Below are positions 50,031 through 61,387 of a stretch of 64,000 bases of DNA, piece after piece. Numbering within the stretch: the first letter of the stretch is position 1; every line of letters begins with the position of its first letter. Origin of the DNA: Squalus acanthias. Its lineage: Eukaryota. The translations under genes were made by a program, and so were the position numbers. Under the pieces are notes generated by a model. The model made no database searches and was not told where the DNA came from. It saw only the letters and a list, made by a program, of their open reading frames with translations. The stretch is from contig CM059432.1 in the NCBI GenBank assembly GCA_030390025.1, forward strand, positions 18,912,001-18,976,000, given 5' to 3'.

Positions 50031-51149
50031 AAAATGATCATAATCACACAATCGCAACTTTTGCTGTAACACAACGTTTTTATCATTCTCAATTTAGCAT
50101 GATAAAGAAAGGTCCCTTTTACATGTTAATAAGTACACTAACTTTGCTTTATAGAGGTTGTTAATAATTTCACTGCTCAGTGACTTCGATAATTCACTGC
50201 AGTGAAATTTTCTATAAAAATATCTTACTGCAACGAACGTGAAAATTAGATTATTCAAAATGTAATTCATTTGCCCTCAATGTGCCACATTCTAGAATGC
50301 TTTCGAAAAAGTCTTGCATATTATACTTGGGGTTGAAGGTGGTTTTACTTACTGATGTAAATTGCTGTTCGGCTTACTTGCATGTAATGTTTCAATAGCT
50401 CATGTCCACTATACTTGTGAATCAAGAAGCAGTGATTAGATGATGTCAAGCTGGATTTTAAAAGCAGTTAGATTATTGGAGGAAGGGGATAGAAGTAACA
50501 GGAGAGAGGAAAAACAGTTGCAGGTCCCCTACGAATCCCAAGTCACCTTACAGATGTGGGGGTCCATTTTGAGTTTTGGACGACCAGCTGGCAGAGCGTG
50601 CCGGTCGATCAACCATAACCGTGGTGACGAGGCTGCCATGATTTTGAGGCAATAGATTTGGAGAGCACCGGAACCAGTTCAGGGCTGGGTGAAACTGTAG
50701 AGAGCAGATGATCCTTGTCTAAATGGAACTGGTACTAATATCCTCACAGAAAGAGTAAATAGAACAAGATTTAAGCCAGTAAGTGCAGGAGAGGCAAATT
50801 GACATTTTAAAATAGATAGCATTGTGGGAAAGGAAAATGTTGGGGAGGTGGGGCACGATCCTGTTTGCTTGTAAAAACGGGCCGACTTACTGCTGCGTTG
50901 CTGCCCATGCTAAATTTTGGGCAGATCTCGATCCAGGCAGCTAGAATTCCCACCAGGAGGAGGATAAATGCCCCTTGGGGTTAAATGAGATCGAACCCTC
51001 CCAATGGCACTTTCATTTTTGTCTGCATTGTTATCGCCACAGCCTGCTCTCACCCACAAACCACGGGTAGCAGCAAGTGTTGTTTCATTCAAATGCAAAT
51101 TAAATTGTTTGGGATTGATTGCCATGAATAGTCAACAACTCCATAATGT

Positions 51150-52250
51150 TGTATCATGCATCTACCAGGATGCTCTAAGGCGAACTAGATGCACCTTGGT
51201 CTTCTTTTGTCGAGCAATTCTTAAGTTCCTAATCAATTGCCTCCACTAGCACAGCATTGCCTATTGCAGCCAAGGTCAGTGCAGCTCTGAGGTTCTTTGC
51301 CTCCAGCCCCTTCCAGGCTGCCACAGGGGAAATCAGTAACATCAATCCGTCAGCAGTGCACGCTTGCATTAATCAGGTGACTGAAGCCTTGTTTGTTGGA
51401 GGAAACACTTTCATCACTTTCTCCATGGACAACTGGAAGCAGCAGGTTAGGTCTCTGATTGCAGGCTTCCCCCGAGCTCAAGGCCTCATTCACTCCACCC
51501 ACGTTGCACTGCAGGCTCCTTTACACGACCCCCATTGTCTTCAGGAAAGTCAAGGCTCCCATTCCATTAATGTGCAACTGGTGTGTGATCAGCAGCAGCA
51601 CCTTATACACCTTCCTGGCAGCTGTCATAATACTTTTAAATTGAATACTTGAGTACAGAAGATTAAGGGGTGATGCAAATGTGGTGTTTAAGATGATCAA
51701 AGGAGTTGATAGGATAGATAGAAAGAAACAAATTCCTCTGGTAGGGGGTCCAGAACAATGAGGAATAACCTCAAAATTAGAGCTGGACCATTCAGGAGTG
51801 ATGTCAGGAAGCCCTGCTTCACACAAAGTGTCGTGGAAATCGGGAACTCTTTCCCCCAAAAAGCTGTTGAGGCTCGGTCAATTGAAAATTTCAAAACTGA
51901 GATTGATAGATTTTTGTTAGGCAAGGGTATTAAGGGTTACGGAACCAAGGGGGATAGATGGGGTTAAGATACAGATCAGCCATGATCTAATTGAATGGAG
52001 GAACAAGCTTGAGGGGCTGAATGGTCTACTCCTGTTCCTATGCAGCAATCCTCCAACCTCCCCTGTACAGCAAGTGAGAGGCTGGCTGCTTGGGACAAGG
52101 GCTGTCCCCTGCAAACTCGGCCCAATGCTTAGCAGCCAAACTGCGCTACAATCAGATCCATGGGTCAACTAGAGCCCTCATCGAGCAGACCATTGAAGTT
52201 CTCAAGCAACGAATCTGTTGCTGGACAGGTCTGGCAGCTTTCTGCAATCC
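51150..52250 (+). pseudogene. Harbinger transposase (HARBI1-like) remnant split by CR1
   Basis: LPIAAKVSAALRFFAS..FQ...AGFPRAQGLI.STHVAL...SINVQLVCD...PGSCHN [CR1] ...GWLLG...YNQIHGSTRALIEQTI.VLKQR. Confidence 0.8.
51640..52043 (+). mobile_element. CR1 3' fragment
   Basis: NLKIRAGPFRSDVRK..FTQ.VVEI.NS.PQKAVEA. Confidence 0.85.
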
Positions 52251-52844
52251 AAGCGTTCCCAGGGGCCAACCACAGGAAAATGGGCCCATAGAATACAAAC
52301 ATGAGGAAGTTCTATTGCAATTCTACTCATCAGATCTCATTTAGAATATTAGCGGAATTTTTTGGGCACAAACTGGGGATGAATATCAGGCAATTGCACA
52401 CACCCAGCATATGTTTTTTCCATTCATTACTTTTTGATGGACAGAAAATCATGCGGCAGAGGTGCACAATTTCCTGATGTGTGCTCCAGGTGTGTGCGGG
52501 GAGCATTGAAGTGGAAAGTCGCCTTTACTGTGCTCAGTTTTGGGTGCCCCACCTGATGAATGATACTAGGCTTGAAGAAAGTCCAGCAGCAATTCACTAG
52601 AATGATGCCTGGGATGAAGGGACTAAGCTACGATGAAAGACAAAGTAAACTTGGGTTATAGTCTCTGGATCTGGGAAGGTTGAGGGGCAATCAGACCATG
52701 AGTTTAACATAATGTAGGGTATTGACAGGTTAAATAGGGAACAACCTTTCCCTCGGTCAGGAATCCAGTACAAGGGGGCACAGTTTTAGACCTAGAACCT
52801 AAACTAGGTAAAAACAAATCCAGGGAAATTCTTCTCCACACAAA

Positions 52845-54563
52845 GGGCTGGATTTTGCGGGGGGTCAGTGGGCTCGATCCATGGCGTGTCGGGTGGAAAA
52901 GTGTTTTTTTTCCGCAGCGGGTCAGGACCCCACTGTGAACCAGCCGCCACGCGCCTTTCCCCGATGTCAGGTCTGTCAATGCTGAGCAGACCCGACACGC
53001 AGCGGCGGGGGAGGCAATTAAAATCATTAGTGGCTTGTTTACAGCCACTTATCAATGTTTTTTCCCCAGCTTATTCATTTGACAGGTCGTCCACCGGTTT
53101 CCCGCTGTGCCTAGCTGAGGCGGGAGATTAGTGGCCATTGAATCAGCTGATGAGTTGACTGCTTCAAATGTCAAGTCAAAGCTCCCAGCTGATTGAGACA
53201 TGTTCCCTTAACCACTAGCTTCTCTAAACTGCATTTCCACTACAGATTCAGGATGCTGCAAGTCTTTACACAAGTCTCCATCCAGTCTGACCTCATTACC
53301 TCTCCCACCATTGAAGATCACTTCTGTCATCTCTACTTCACCTGCCATCTATTCCGTCAGCATGGGTGCTCTTGATGCACTCTCACCTTGGTCCTCAGCA
53401 TCCTGCCACAATCAGCCCCAACACCAGCAGCACCAGGCACACCAGCAGCACCAACAACAACACCAACCTTCTCCGCAATCACCTGATGCTGCACAGGACA
53501 CAGGGCATCAGCAGCCGACCACATTGCTGCCCGGGAGGCCAGGAATGGCCTCACCATGGCCACATTTACTTCACTTGATGCTGTACACCCTGGCTGCCAC
53601 ATGATGCGCCAGGTTGGCACCACCACACACCAACACCATAAAGCATCCCTACAATGCCCAAGCCATTCCTTTCACACTCATCAGCATTGCGGGGGGTACC
53701 GTTATGTCTCACCATTCACTGCAACTCACTAAGCCACTTCCAAAGGTGCACACAAATCTGTCCAAGAATGCAAAGTGTTGAAAATAAAGATTTCAATGTT
53801 TGACAGCACATGAACATTGGCTAAAACACACAAGTGCCTACCCTTGTGTGTTGTTAGTTGGTATGATTGGACTAGGATGAGGGTGAGTGTGAGGGGTGGC
53901 TAGTGAGATGGGGATGTGATAATGTAGATAGAGAGGGATGGGTGGAGGTGCAAGGTAAGCTGGAATGAGTAAGGATGTGCAGGAGTAGGGTAGGAAAGGC
54001 AGAGTGATAGGGATGTGATGAGAGGCACAACAGGATGAGGTTGAGTGTGGCTTTGCAGTAACGTTTCGTGATCTACTGAGATCATTGAAGTCAGGTCCTC
54101 CTGACGACATACCTGCTTGTGCCCTCCTGTGCAATGTGTAACCAGGCTGTGTTGGTCTCCTGGGGAGGCCTCTTCCGCCATGGGAAGGGAAGAGGACCTC
54201 CCTACGTGCTGTGACTCCCTCCATAAGCATATGGAGGGAGTCATGGGAGAACCTGGGTGCAGCCCTGCACCTCTGTGCAGTGCTTGTCAGTGTTTGCAGC
54301 ACCTCAATGCTGCAGAACACTGACAGCACAACTGTCAAAATAAATTTTGACATGGTCCCTTTAAGGAAACTGGCCGATGACGCATCATAAATGACATCAT
54401 CAGACCCGCTTCCTTCAATTGGCTGGGAAATGCCCTGAGCGGGCTTAACAAGCCCAATCATCGGAAAGTCATTTCCGAGGCCGGGATGGAGACAGCAACA
54501 GGGCCGAGACCTGCCACCGACGTTGCCCGCCACGGACCCGCCGAGGTAGGGTAAATCGCGGCC
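52845..54563 (-). mobile_element. non-autonomous Harbinger family 1, copy C; TSD AAA; inserted in a + strand CR1 (~52530-54740)
   Basis: ttcttctccacacaaa|GGGCTGGATTTT ... AAATCGCGGCC|aaaaagttttgagaatgtgg; CR1 sequence continues across the insertion. Confidence 0.9.
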
Positions 54564-54989
54564 AAAAAGTTTTGAGAATGTGGAGCACATGCAAATACAA
54601 TTGAGGTGTTTAAAAGGAAATAGATACCTATTTGGGAAATAAGGATGACAAGGGATAACAAAAAGGCAGGGAATTAAGATTTAAAAGATAAACCTGACAC
54701 AGCATGCTCGATGGCCCGAGTGACCTATTCTTTGTTTCCATGAAGTCTTGAGAAAGAAAGATATCTGGCCTTTTGTTACTGTGTTGCAGTATCAGAGATT
54801 GAAGATTTTACTAATTGCAAAGAATTGCCAATTGATCCCTCTTCTCTTTGCTTAGGACATTAATGAAAACAATAAGATTGCCTACACACAGTCATGATAC
54901 AGATTATCCATTTAGACATTTGTTACATTTCCCAATATTTTATGACCTTAGTTGATGAGTCTCTTGGATGGTTTGTGTATGGTTTTGCC

Positions 54990-55870
54990 AATTTTCTCCA
55001 TTCTTTCTTCACTCCTCTCCTGAAGGTATTAACTCCTTACTGGGTACTGTTCCACTGGTGCTAGTTGCCATCCAATTCCTCGCACAAGATCTATTATTCA
55101 AGTGTGAGCTTTGACAGGCTATTTCCCACGGGGCAATACAGCGGAGTCATATCCTGCTGTCAGCTGCCATCCATACACACTGACTTACAATAGGGGTCTC
55201 TATATCAGGATCAGGAGAGGAAACCTTGGCCAATTTCCCCCACCCTGATCCAAGGTCTGTGATTCCGAATTGAATTTTCCTACTACCGTCCTGGGCTATG
55301 ATCAGCTTACTCAATAACAAGTTACATTGAGATCATACCCTTTGCGTAAAGGACATGCCTAAGAGTCTCAGGAGAGAGAGAGGGACATCAAACTGAAAGG
55401 AGGGAAATTCTGGGAGAGAGGAGAAGATATCAATGACAAGGTGGTAATAACATAAGAACATAAGAAATAGGAGCAGGAGTAGGCCATTCGGCCCTTCGAG
55501 CCTGCTCCACCATTCAATAAGATCATGCTGATCTTCTACCTCAACTCCACCTTCCCGCACTATCCCCATATCGCTTGATTCCTTTAGTATCCAAAAATCT
55601 ATCAATCTCCGTCTTGAATATACTCCACAACTGAGCATCCACAGCCCTCCAAAGAATTCCAAAGATTCACAACCCTTTGAGTGAAGAAATTTCTCCTCAT
55701 CTCAGTCCTAAATGGCTGACCCCTTATTCTGAGACTGTGACCCCTAGGGGTTATTAGCAGCCTTTTGAAGGAAGGGAAAAGTTCGTCAATGGACTAGAGA
55801 TTGAAACTTGGGCCTTCCTAGTTGACATGATTTAGCTACTCATTGGTTAAACTCACTGAGCTGTATCCGA
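54990..55870 (-). mobile_element. old tRNA SINE split by an L2-like piece and a CR1 3' fragment (55448-55746)
   Basis: SINE body at 54990-55320 and head ttgaaacttgggccttcc...cactgagct at ~55790-55862; CR1 tail aacataagaacataagaaat. Confidence 0.6.
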
Positions 55871-56767
55871 TAAACTAGCTACATAAAAATCATCCAAAGT
55901 TCTTTTGCTCAGGAGATGTAATAGAAGGTTACCAACATGTACTGGTTCTGTCTCTTTTGGCTTGTTTTGCATTCAGTACCTGAGTAGCTAGTAAGTTCAA
56001 TAGATTCAATGATTGAAACCCTAGGAATAAAGGGAAAATTATTGCTGATGAACAATTGCAAAAAGCTACATTTAATTTTTTACTCCTTGCTTCATTTACA
56101 TAGAGATGTGACTATGTTCTTCTGGCAACACCTAGCGAACAATACAGAAAAGAAACCAATTGGCCATTAAGTCAGTGGGAGCTCACAAGAAGAAAACTAA
56201 GGCTGCAATCAATCTATTCTTTATGGTGATATTGACTTTTAGCCTGAATTATATTCCCTATCAATCAGCCTTGAAGCTCCGTGATTAAAGGCCTGAAGGT
56301 AATGTTATAAATGACAAAACAAAGCATCTGAATGTGAACAGGGAAAATATCTACAAGTAATTATTTACTCAATTAACAAAGCACAAAATGTTTGTCTTTG
56401 CTGTTGTTTCTTTTTGAAATTGCTCCCCAACTTGATTCCCCTGCATCCCTCTTTACTCTGGACGATTGATTGGTTCAATCCACTGACATCTTCAGAGGAG
56501 CTGACACTGCCTTGCAACGGTTGATTCTGTTACAATGTCACCTCACGTGGCATCAATTTGCAAGCTCCTTCTTCTGACTGAAATATATTTGATACTTGGA
56601 GCATTTGATAGTCACACTGAACAGTGGGAATCCTAAAACTAGTAATCCTCAATAATTGCGTCTTGACCCTCTAACACAGTCTGCCTCATATCTAGATTGG
56701 ATTGATAGCAAAGAATTTGAATGGAATGGCAGTAACATAGTATTCCATGTGACAAGTGCAACACTAG

Positions 56768-58348
56768 GGGCTGAATTTTGCCGGCGCTCAGAGTGTGGGT
56801 TTGGAGGCGGGTCCGCTGTCAAAATCACAAAGATTGACAGCGGGTTGGTATCCCGCTGTAAACCCGCCTTTTTGTCAGTTTCCCAAGTGTCGGAAAGCTT
56901 CTTAAAAGGTAGTTAAGAACCATTTTCCCAGGTTTTCAACGAGGTTCCCGTCAGGTAAGTATGTCGGGTTCTCAATGACTGTGGATTGCTGTGAATAGGT
57001 AAAAGCTGCAAAAGTGGTCTAAAACCTACCATTTCACAGCTGATCATTTCCCAATCTTAGAAGCTGAAGCATTACTGATTTGGAATCCACTTTTGTGCTT
57101 TATGCACTTTTGAAGTGTTCGGTGTAATCTCTCTATCCACTGTCACCTCCTTGGAACAACCTATCTCAACATTGACAAATTATTTCTGTCATCTCAACCT
57201 CACCTGGCATCTATTCCATCAGCATTGGTGCCCTTGAAAAAATCTCACCTTGGTCCTCAGAATCCCAACATGATCAGCCCCAACACCAGTGCCACCGGGC
57301 ACACCAGCAGCACCAACATCCACACCAACCTTCTCCGCAATCAACTGATGCTGCACTGGACAGCAATGGCCTCACCATGTCCAGATTTGCTTCACTTAAC
57401 ACTGTACACCCTGGCTGCCACATGATGCACCAGGTTGGCACCACCCCACACCAGCACCATAAAGTATCCCTAAAATGTCCAAGCCATTCCTTTCACACTC
57501 AGCACCATTGGGGGGGCATGGGGGGGAGTTTTGTTTCACCAGCGAACTTCCAAAGGTGCACACAAATCTGTCCAAGAAAGCAAAATGTTGAAAATAAAGA
57601 TTTCAATGCATGACAACACATTAACAGACACTTTACATGAACATTGGCTAAAGCACACAATGGCTACCCTTGTGTGTTGTTAGTTTGAATGATTGGACAA
57701 GGATAAGGATGAGTGTGAGGAGTGGTTAGTGAGATGGGGAAGTGATAACGTAGATAGAGAGGGATGGGTGGAGGTGCAAGGTAAGTTGGTGTGAGGAGTA
57801 GGGTAGGGTAGGGAAGGCAGAGTGATGGGGATGTGATGAGTGGCACAGCAGGATGAGGTTGAGTGTGGCTTTGCAGTAATGGTTTGTGATCTACTGAGAC
57901 CATTGAAAGGTTTGCGCCACTGAAGCCTGGTCCTCCTGACCACATCTCCGCTGTGACCTCCTCTGCAATGTGCAACCAGGCTGCGTTGGTCTCCTGGGGA
58001 GGTGTGTTCCACCCATTGGAGGGAGTAATGGGAGAACCTGGGTGCAGCCGTGCACCTTTGTGCAGTGCTTGTCAGTGTTTGCAGCACCTCAATGCTGCAG
58101 AACAGAGAGCACAACTGTCAAAATGAATGTGGACATGGTCCCTTTAAGGAAACCGGCTGATGATGCGTCATCAAATGGCGTCATCAGACCCGCTGCCTAG
58201 TAATTGGCCGGGAACCTCGCAGGGCGGGCTTCACAAGCCCAATCAACGGAAAATCTTATTGGAGGCTGGGATCGACACAGATGCGGGATCCCCACATGCC
58301 ACGGACGTCACCCGCCCCGGACCCGCCGAAGTTGGTAAAATCCAGCCC
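56768..58348 (-). mobile_element. non-autonomous Harbinger family 1, copy D; TSD TAG
   Basis: tag|GGGCTGAATTTT ... AAAATCCAGCCC|tag; Myb-like ORF 57680-58114 with an internal deletion. Confidence 0.9.
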
Positions 58349-58627
58349 TAGTATTCCACAGCCTGGAAATGACCGTGAGTACTGTTATTGTACGAGTGCT
58401 TTAATGTGTTTCTAGCAAACCTGCTATTTTAACGAAGGCAATTGCCTGATTAAAATAAACAGGTTAATCTCGCTGTTAAAATAATTGAGCGAGTAATTCA
58501 ATTCAAGTGCATTAAACATTTGTACAAATAAATTGCTAGCATTCATTTCCAGGCTCGAGTGACTTGATCAGTCAGCTCAGTTTGGCTATTCTAGCCATTG
58601 TAAAGCAATGGAATTGCGAAATTATCT

Positions 58628-59120
58628 TCATAGAAACATAGAAGATAGGAGCAGGAGTAGGCCATTCGGCCCCTCAAGCCTGCTCCGCCATTCAATGAGA
58701 TCATGGCTGATCATCCAAACTCAGTACCCTGTACCTGCCTTTTCCCATATCCCTTGATTCCTTTAGCTTTAAGAAATATATCTAACTCATTCTTGAATAT
58801 ATTTAATGACTTGGCCTCAACTACCTTCTGTGGTAGAGAATTCCACAGGTTCACCACTCTCTGGGTGAAGAAATTCTTCCTCATTTCTGTCCTAAATGGC
58901 TTACCCGTTATCCTTAGATTATGACCCCTGGTTCTGGACTCTCCAACCATCGGGAACATTCTTCCTGCATCTAGTTTGTCCAGACCTGTCAGAATTTTAT
59001 ATGTTTCGATGAGATCCCCTCTCATTCTTCTATACTCCAGCGAGTATAAGCCCAATCGACCCAATCTCTACTCATATGTCATTCCTGCCATCCCAGGTAT
59101 CAGCCTTGTGAATCTTCGGT
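58628..59120 (-). mobile_element. CR1 3' fragment
   Basis: ORF 58711-59064 LGLYSLEYRRMRGDLIETYKIL...FFTQRVVNLWNSLP. Confidence 0.9.
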
Positions 59121-61387
59121 CAGCATTGCTGAGTGGATGATCCTTCTTGGCCTCCTCCTGCAGTCCCCACCATCACAGATGCCAGTCTTCAGGATTCACT
59201 CCAAGTGACATCGAGAAATGGCTGAGTGCACTGGACACAACAAAAGGCTACGGGCCCCAAAAACATCTTGGCTGTAGTGCTGAAGTCTTGCGCTCCAAGA
59301 CTAGCCAGTACAGATACAATACTGGCATCCAATGTGAAAAATTGCCCGAATATGTCCTATTCAGAAAAAAGCAGGACAAATCCAGCCAATTATCGCCCTA
59401 TCAGCCTATATCCAATCATCAGCAAACTGATGGAAGAAGTCAGCAACAGTGTTATCAAGTGGGCACTTACTCACCAATAACCTGCTCACTGATGCTCAGT
59501 TTGAGTTCTACCAGGACCACTCAGCTTCAGATCTCATTACAGCATTCACACAGGGGCTGAATTCCTGAGATGAGGTGAGTGTGACTGTCCTTGACATCAA
59601 GGCAGCATTCGACCGAGAGTGGCACCAAGGAGTCCGAGTAAAACTGAAGTCAATGGAGATCAGGGGGATAACTCTCCTGTGGCTGTGGTCATACCTGACA
59701 CAAAGGAAGATGATTGTGGTTGTTGTAGGTCAATCATGCCAGCCCCAGGAGTTCCTAAGAGCAGCGTCCTAGGTCCAACTATCTTCAACTGCTTCATCAA
59801 TGACATTCTCATGATCATAAGGTCAGAAGTGGGGCTGTTCACTGATGATTTCAGTGCTCAGTTACATTCGCAATTCCTCAGATAATGAAGCAGTCCATGC
59901 CCACATGCAGCAAGACCTGGACAACATCCAGGCTTGGATGGATAAGTCACAAGTAACATTTGCACCACAAGTGTCAGGCAATGACCATCTCAAACAAGAG
60001 AGAGCCTAACCAACTCCCCTTGTCATTCAATGGCATTACCATCACCAAGTTCCTCAGCACTAACATCACCATTGACCAGAAACTCAACTGGACTAGCCAC
60101 ATTAATGCCGTGGCTACTGGAGCAGGTCAGAGGTTGAGTATTGTGCGGTGAGTGGCTTACCTCCTGATTCGCCAAATGCTCTCCACCACCTACAAGTCAG
60201 GAATGTGATGGAATAATCTCCACTTGCCTGGATGAGTGCAGCTGCAACAGCACTGAACATAAGAACATAAGAACATAAGAAATAGGAGCAGGAGTAGGCC
60301 AATCGGCCCCTCGAGCCTGCTCCGCCATTCAATAAGATCATGGCTGATCTGATCCTAACCGCCAATCTACTATCACAGAACCATCACCTGCATCTAACAG
60401 AATTGCACACACGAAATAGGAGCAGAATCAGGCTACACGGTCCCTGGGCCCGCTCCACTACCCACAGGGCCATGACCGATCCGAACCTAGACTCATGTCC
60501 AAATTCCTGCCCGCTCCCCGTAACCCTTAATGCCCTTTACTTCTAGGAAACTGTCTATTTCTGTTTTAAATTTATTTAATGATGTAGCTTCTACAGCTTT
60601 TTGTGGCAGCATATTCCATGGACCTACCACCCTCTGAGTGAAGTAGTTCCTCCTCATCTCAGTTTTGAAAGAGCAGCCCCTTATTCTAAGACTATGTCCC
60701 CTAGTTCTAGTCTCACCCGTCATCGGGAACATCCTCCCCGCATCCACCCGATCCAACCCCTTCACAATCTTATATGTTTCAATAAGATCGCCTCTCATTC
60801 TTCTGAACTCCAATGAGTAGAGTCCCAATCTACCCAACCTCTCCTCATATGACCACCCCCTCATCCCCGGGATTAACCGAGTGAACCTTTTTTGCACTGC
60901 CTCGAGAGCAAGGATGTCTTTCCTTAAGTAAGGACACCAAAACTGTATGCAGTATTCCAGGTGCGGTCTCACCAATACCTTGTACAACTGAAGCAATACC
61001 TCCCTATTTTTATATTCTATCCCCCTAGCAATGAAAGCCAACATTCCATTTGCCTTCTTAATCACTTGCTGCACCTGCATACTAACCTTTTGAGTTTCGT
61101 GCACCAGGACCCCCAGATCCCTTTGCACTTCAGTACTCTTCAGTTTCTTGCCATTAAGATAATAAATTGCTCTAGGATTTTTCCTGCCAAAGTGCATCAC
61201 CTCACACTTTCCAGTGTTGTATTCCATCTGCCAAATCTCTGCTAGACACCATCCAGGACAAAGCAATCTGCTTGATTGGCATTTCACCCACTAGCCTAAA
61301 CATTGACCCTCTCCAACACCTGTGTACCATGTGTACTATCTATAGGACTCACTGCAGCAACTCACCAAGGCTTCTTTGGCAGCACCT
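59120..61387 (+). mobile_element. family B LINE RT remnant, split by CR1 and truncated by L2
   Basis: KATGP...NPANYRPISL..IISKLME; LDIKAAFDR.WHQG; GVP.SSVLGPTIFNCFIND; resumes LDTIQDKA..LIG at ~61241. Confidence 0.85.
60255..61240 (-). mobile_element. young CR1 3' part with uninterrupted ORF2 C-terminus and doubled 3' UTR motif
   Basis: ORF 60493-61287 WQMEYNTGKCEVMHFG...LVRPHLEYCIQFW...; (TTCTTATG)n tail. Confidence 0.92.

Noticed and set aside
53311..53604. Gln/His-rich ORF as a host gene
   Set aside because: Internal to Harbinger family 1; the frame is not maintained in copies B and D.
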